In this document: positions 63,837-64,000 of the stretch, piece by piece
Numbering within the stretch: the first letter of the stretch is position 1
How the letters are laid out: the number at the start of each line of letters is the position of its first letter
Source: Lytechinus pictus
Lineage: Eukaryota
DNA: 64,000 nt
Assembly (NCBI RefSeq): GCF_037042905.1
Contig: NC_087250.1
Location: 19,532,001-19,596,000, forward strand
Reading direction: 5' to 3'
Notes under the pieces: generated by a model
Databases searched by the model: none
Told to the model about the DNA's origin: nothing
Seen by the model: only the letters and a program-made list of their open reading frames with translations
Translations under genes and position numbers: made by a program

Positions 63837-64000
63837 TGCCTTAATCAATTACAAGTATGCCATCAAAACAATCAATTAACAAGAAAATTTCCTGCAACAC
63901 CCCCTAAGATATTCGCAAACCCGTTACATGAGGGAATACTTTCATTACATTGCACACGCACACAAATAAAATTTATCTTCATAACGTTACGAGGACGGAA

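Noticed and set aside
61100..64000. 3' end of a further minus-strand gene
   Set aside because: The composition is UTR-like, but no coding exon is identifiable in the window.

Overview
AT-rich, repeat-dense eukaryotic (metazoan) genomic DNA. The repeat families and poly-G/C tracts suggest a sea urchin or other echinoderm (inference). Three spliced protein-coding genes can be assembled by hand with consistent splice phases. (1) A + strand 13-coding-exon zinc-finger gene (CDS 4284-25778, about 1790 aa) with about 21 C2H2 fingers, seven copies of an atypical HxC...CxxC...CCC.NYI..H...H finger, four C4 modules and a GRIGRPP AT-hook-like array. One of its introns holds 10 tandem copies of a 3' splice site plus exon start, and only the last copy is open. 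(2) A - strand 5-coding-exon gene for an unrecognised protein of about 297 aa (45796-38524). (3) A + strand 6-exon C1orf131/DUF4602-like gene (52289-58569, about 294 aa) with a GC-AG intron. The rest is non-autonomous DNA transposons (MITEs, often nested), a Helentron/HINE-like element, SINE and LINE fragments, and microsatellites. No rRNA, intact tRNA, CRISPR array or autonomous transposase was seen.
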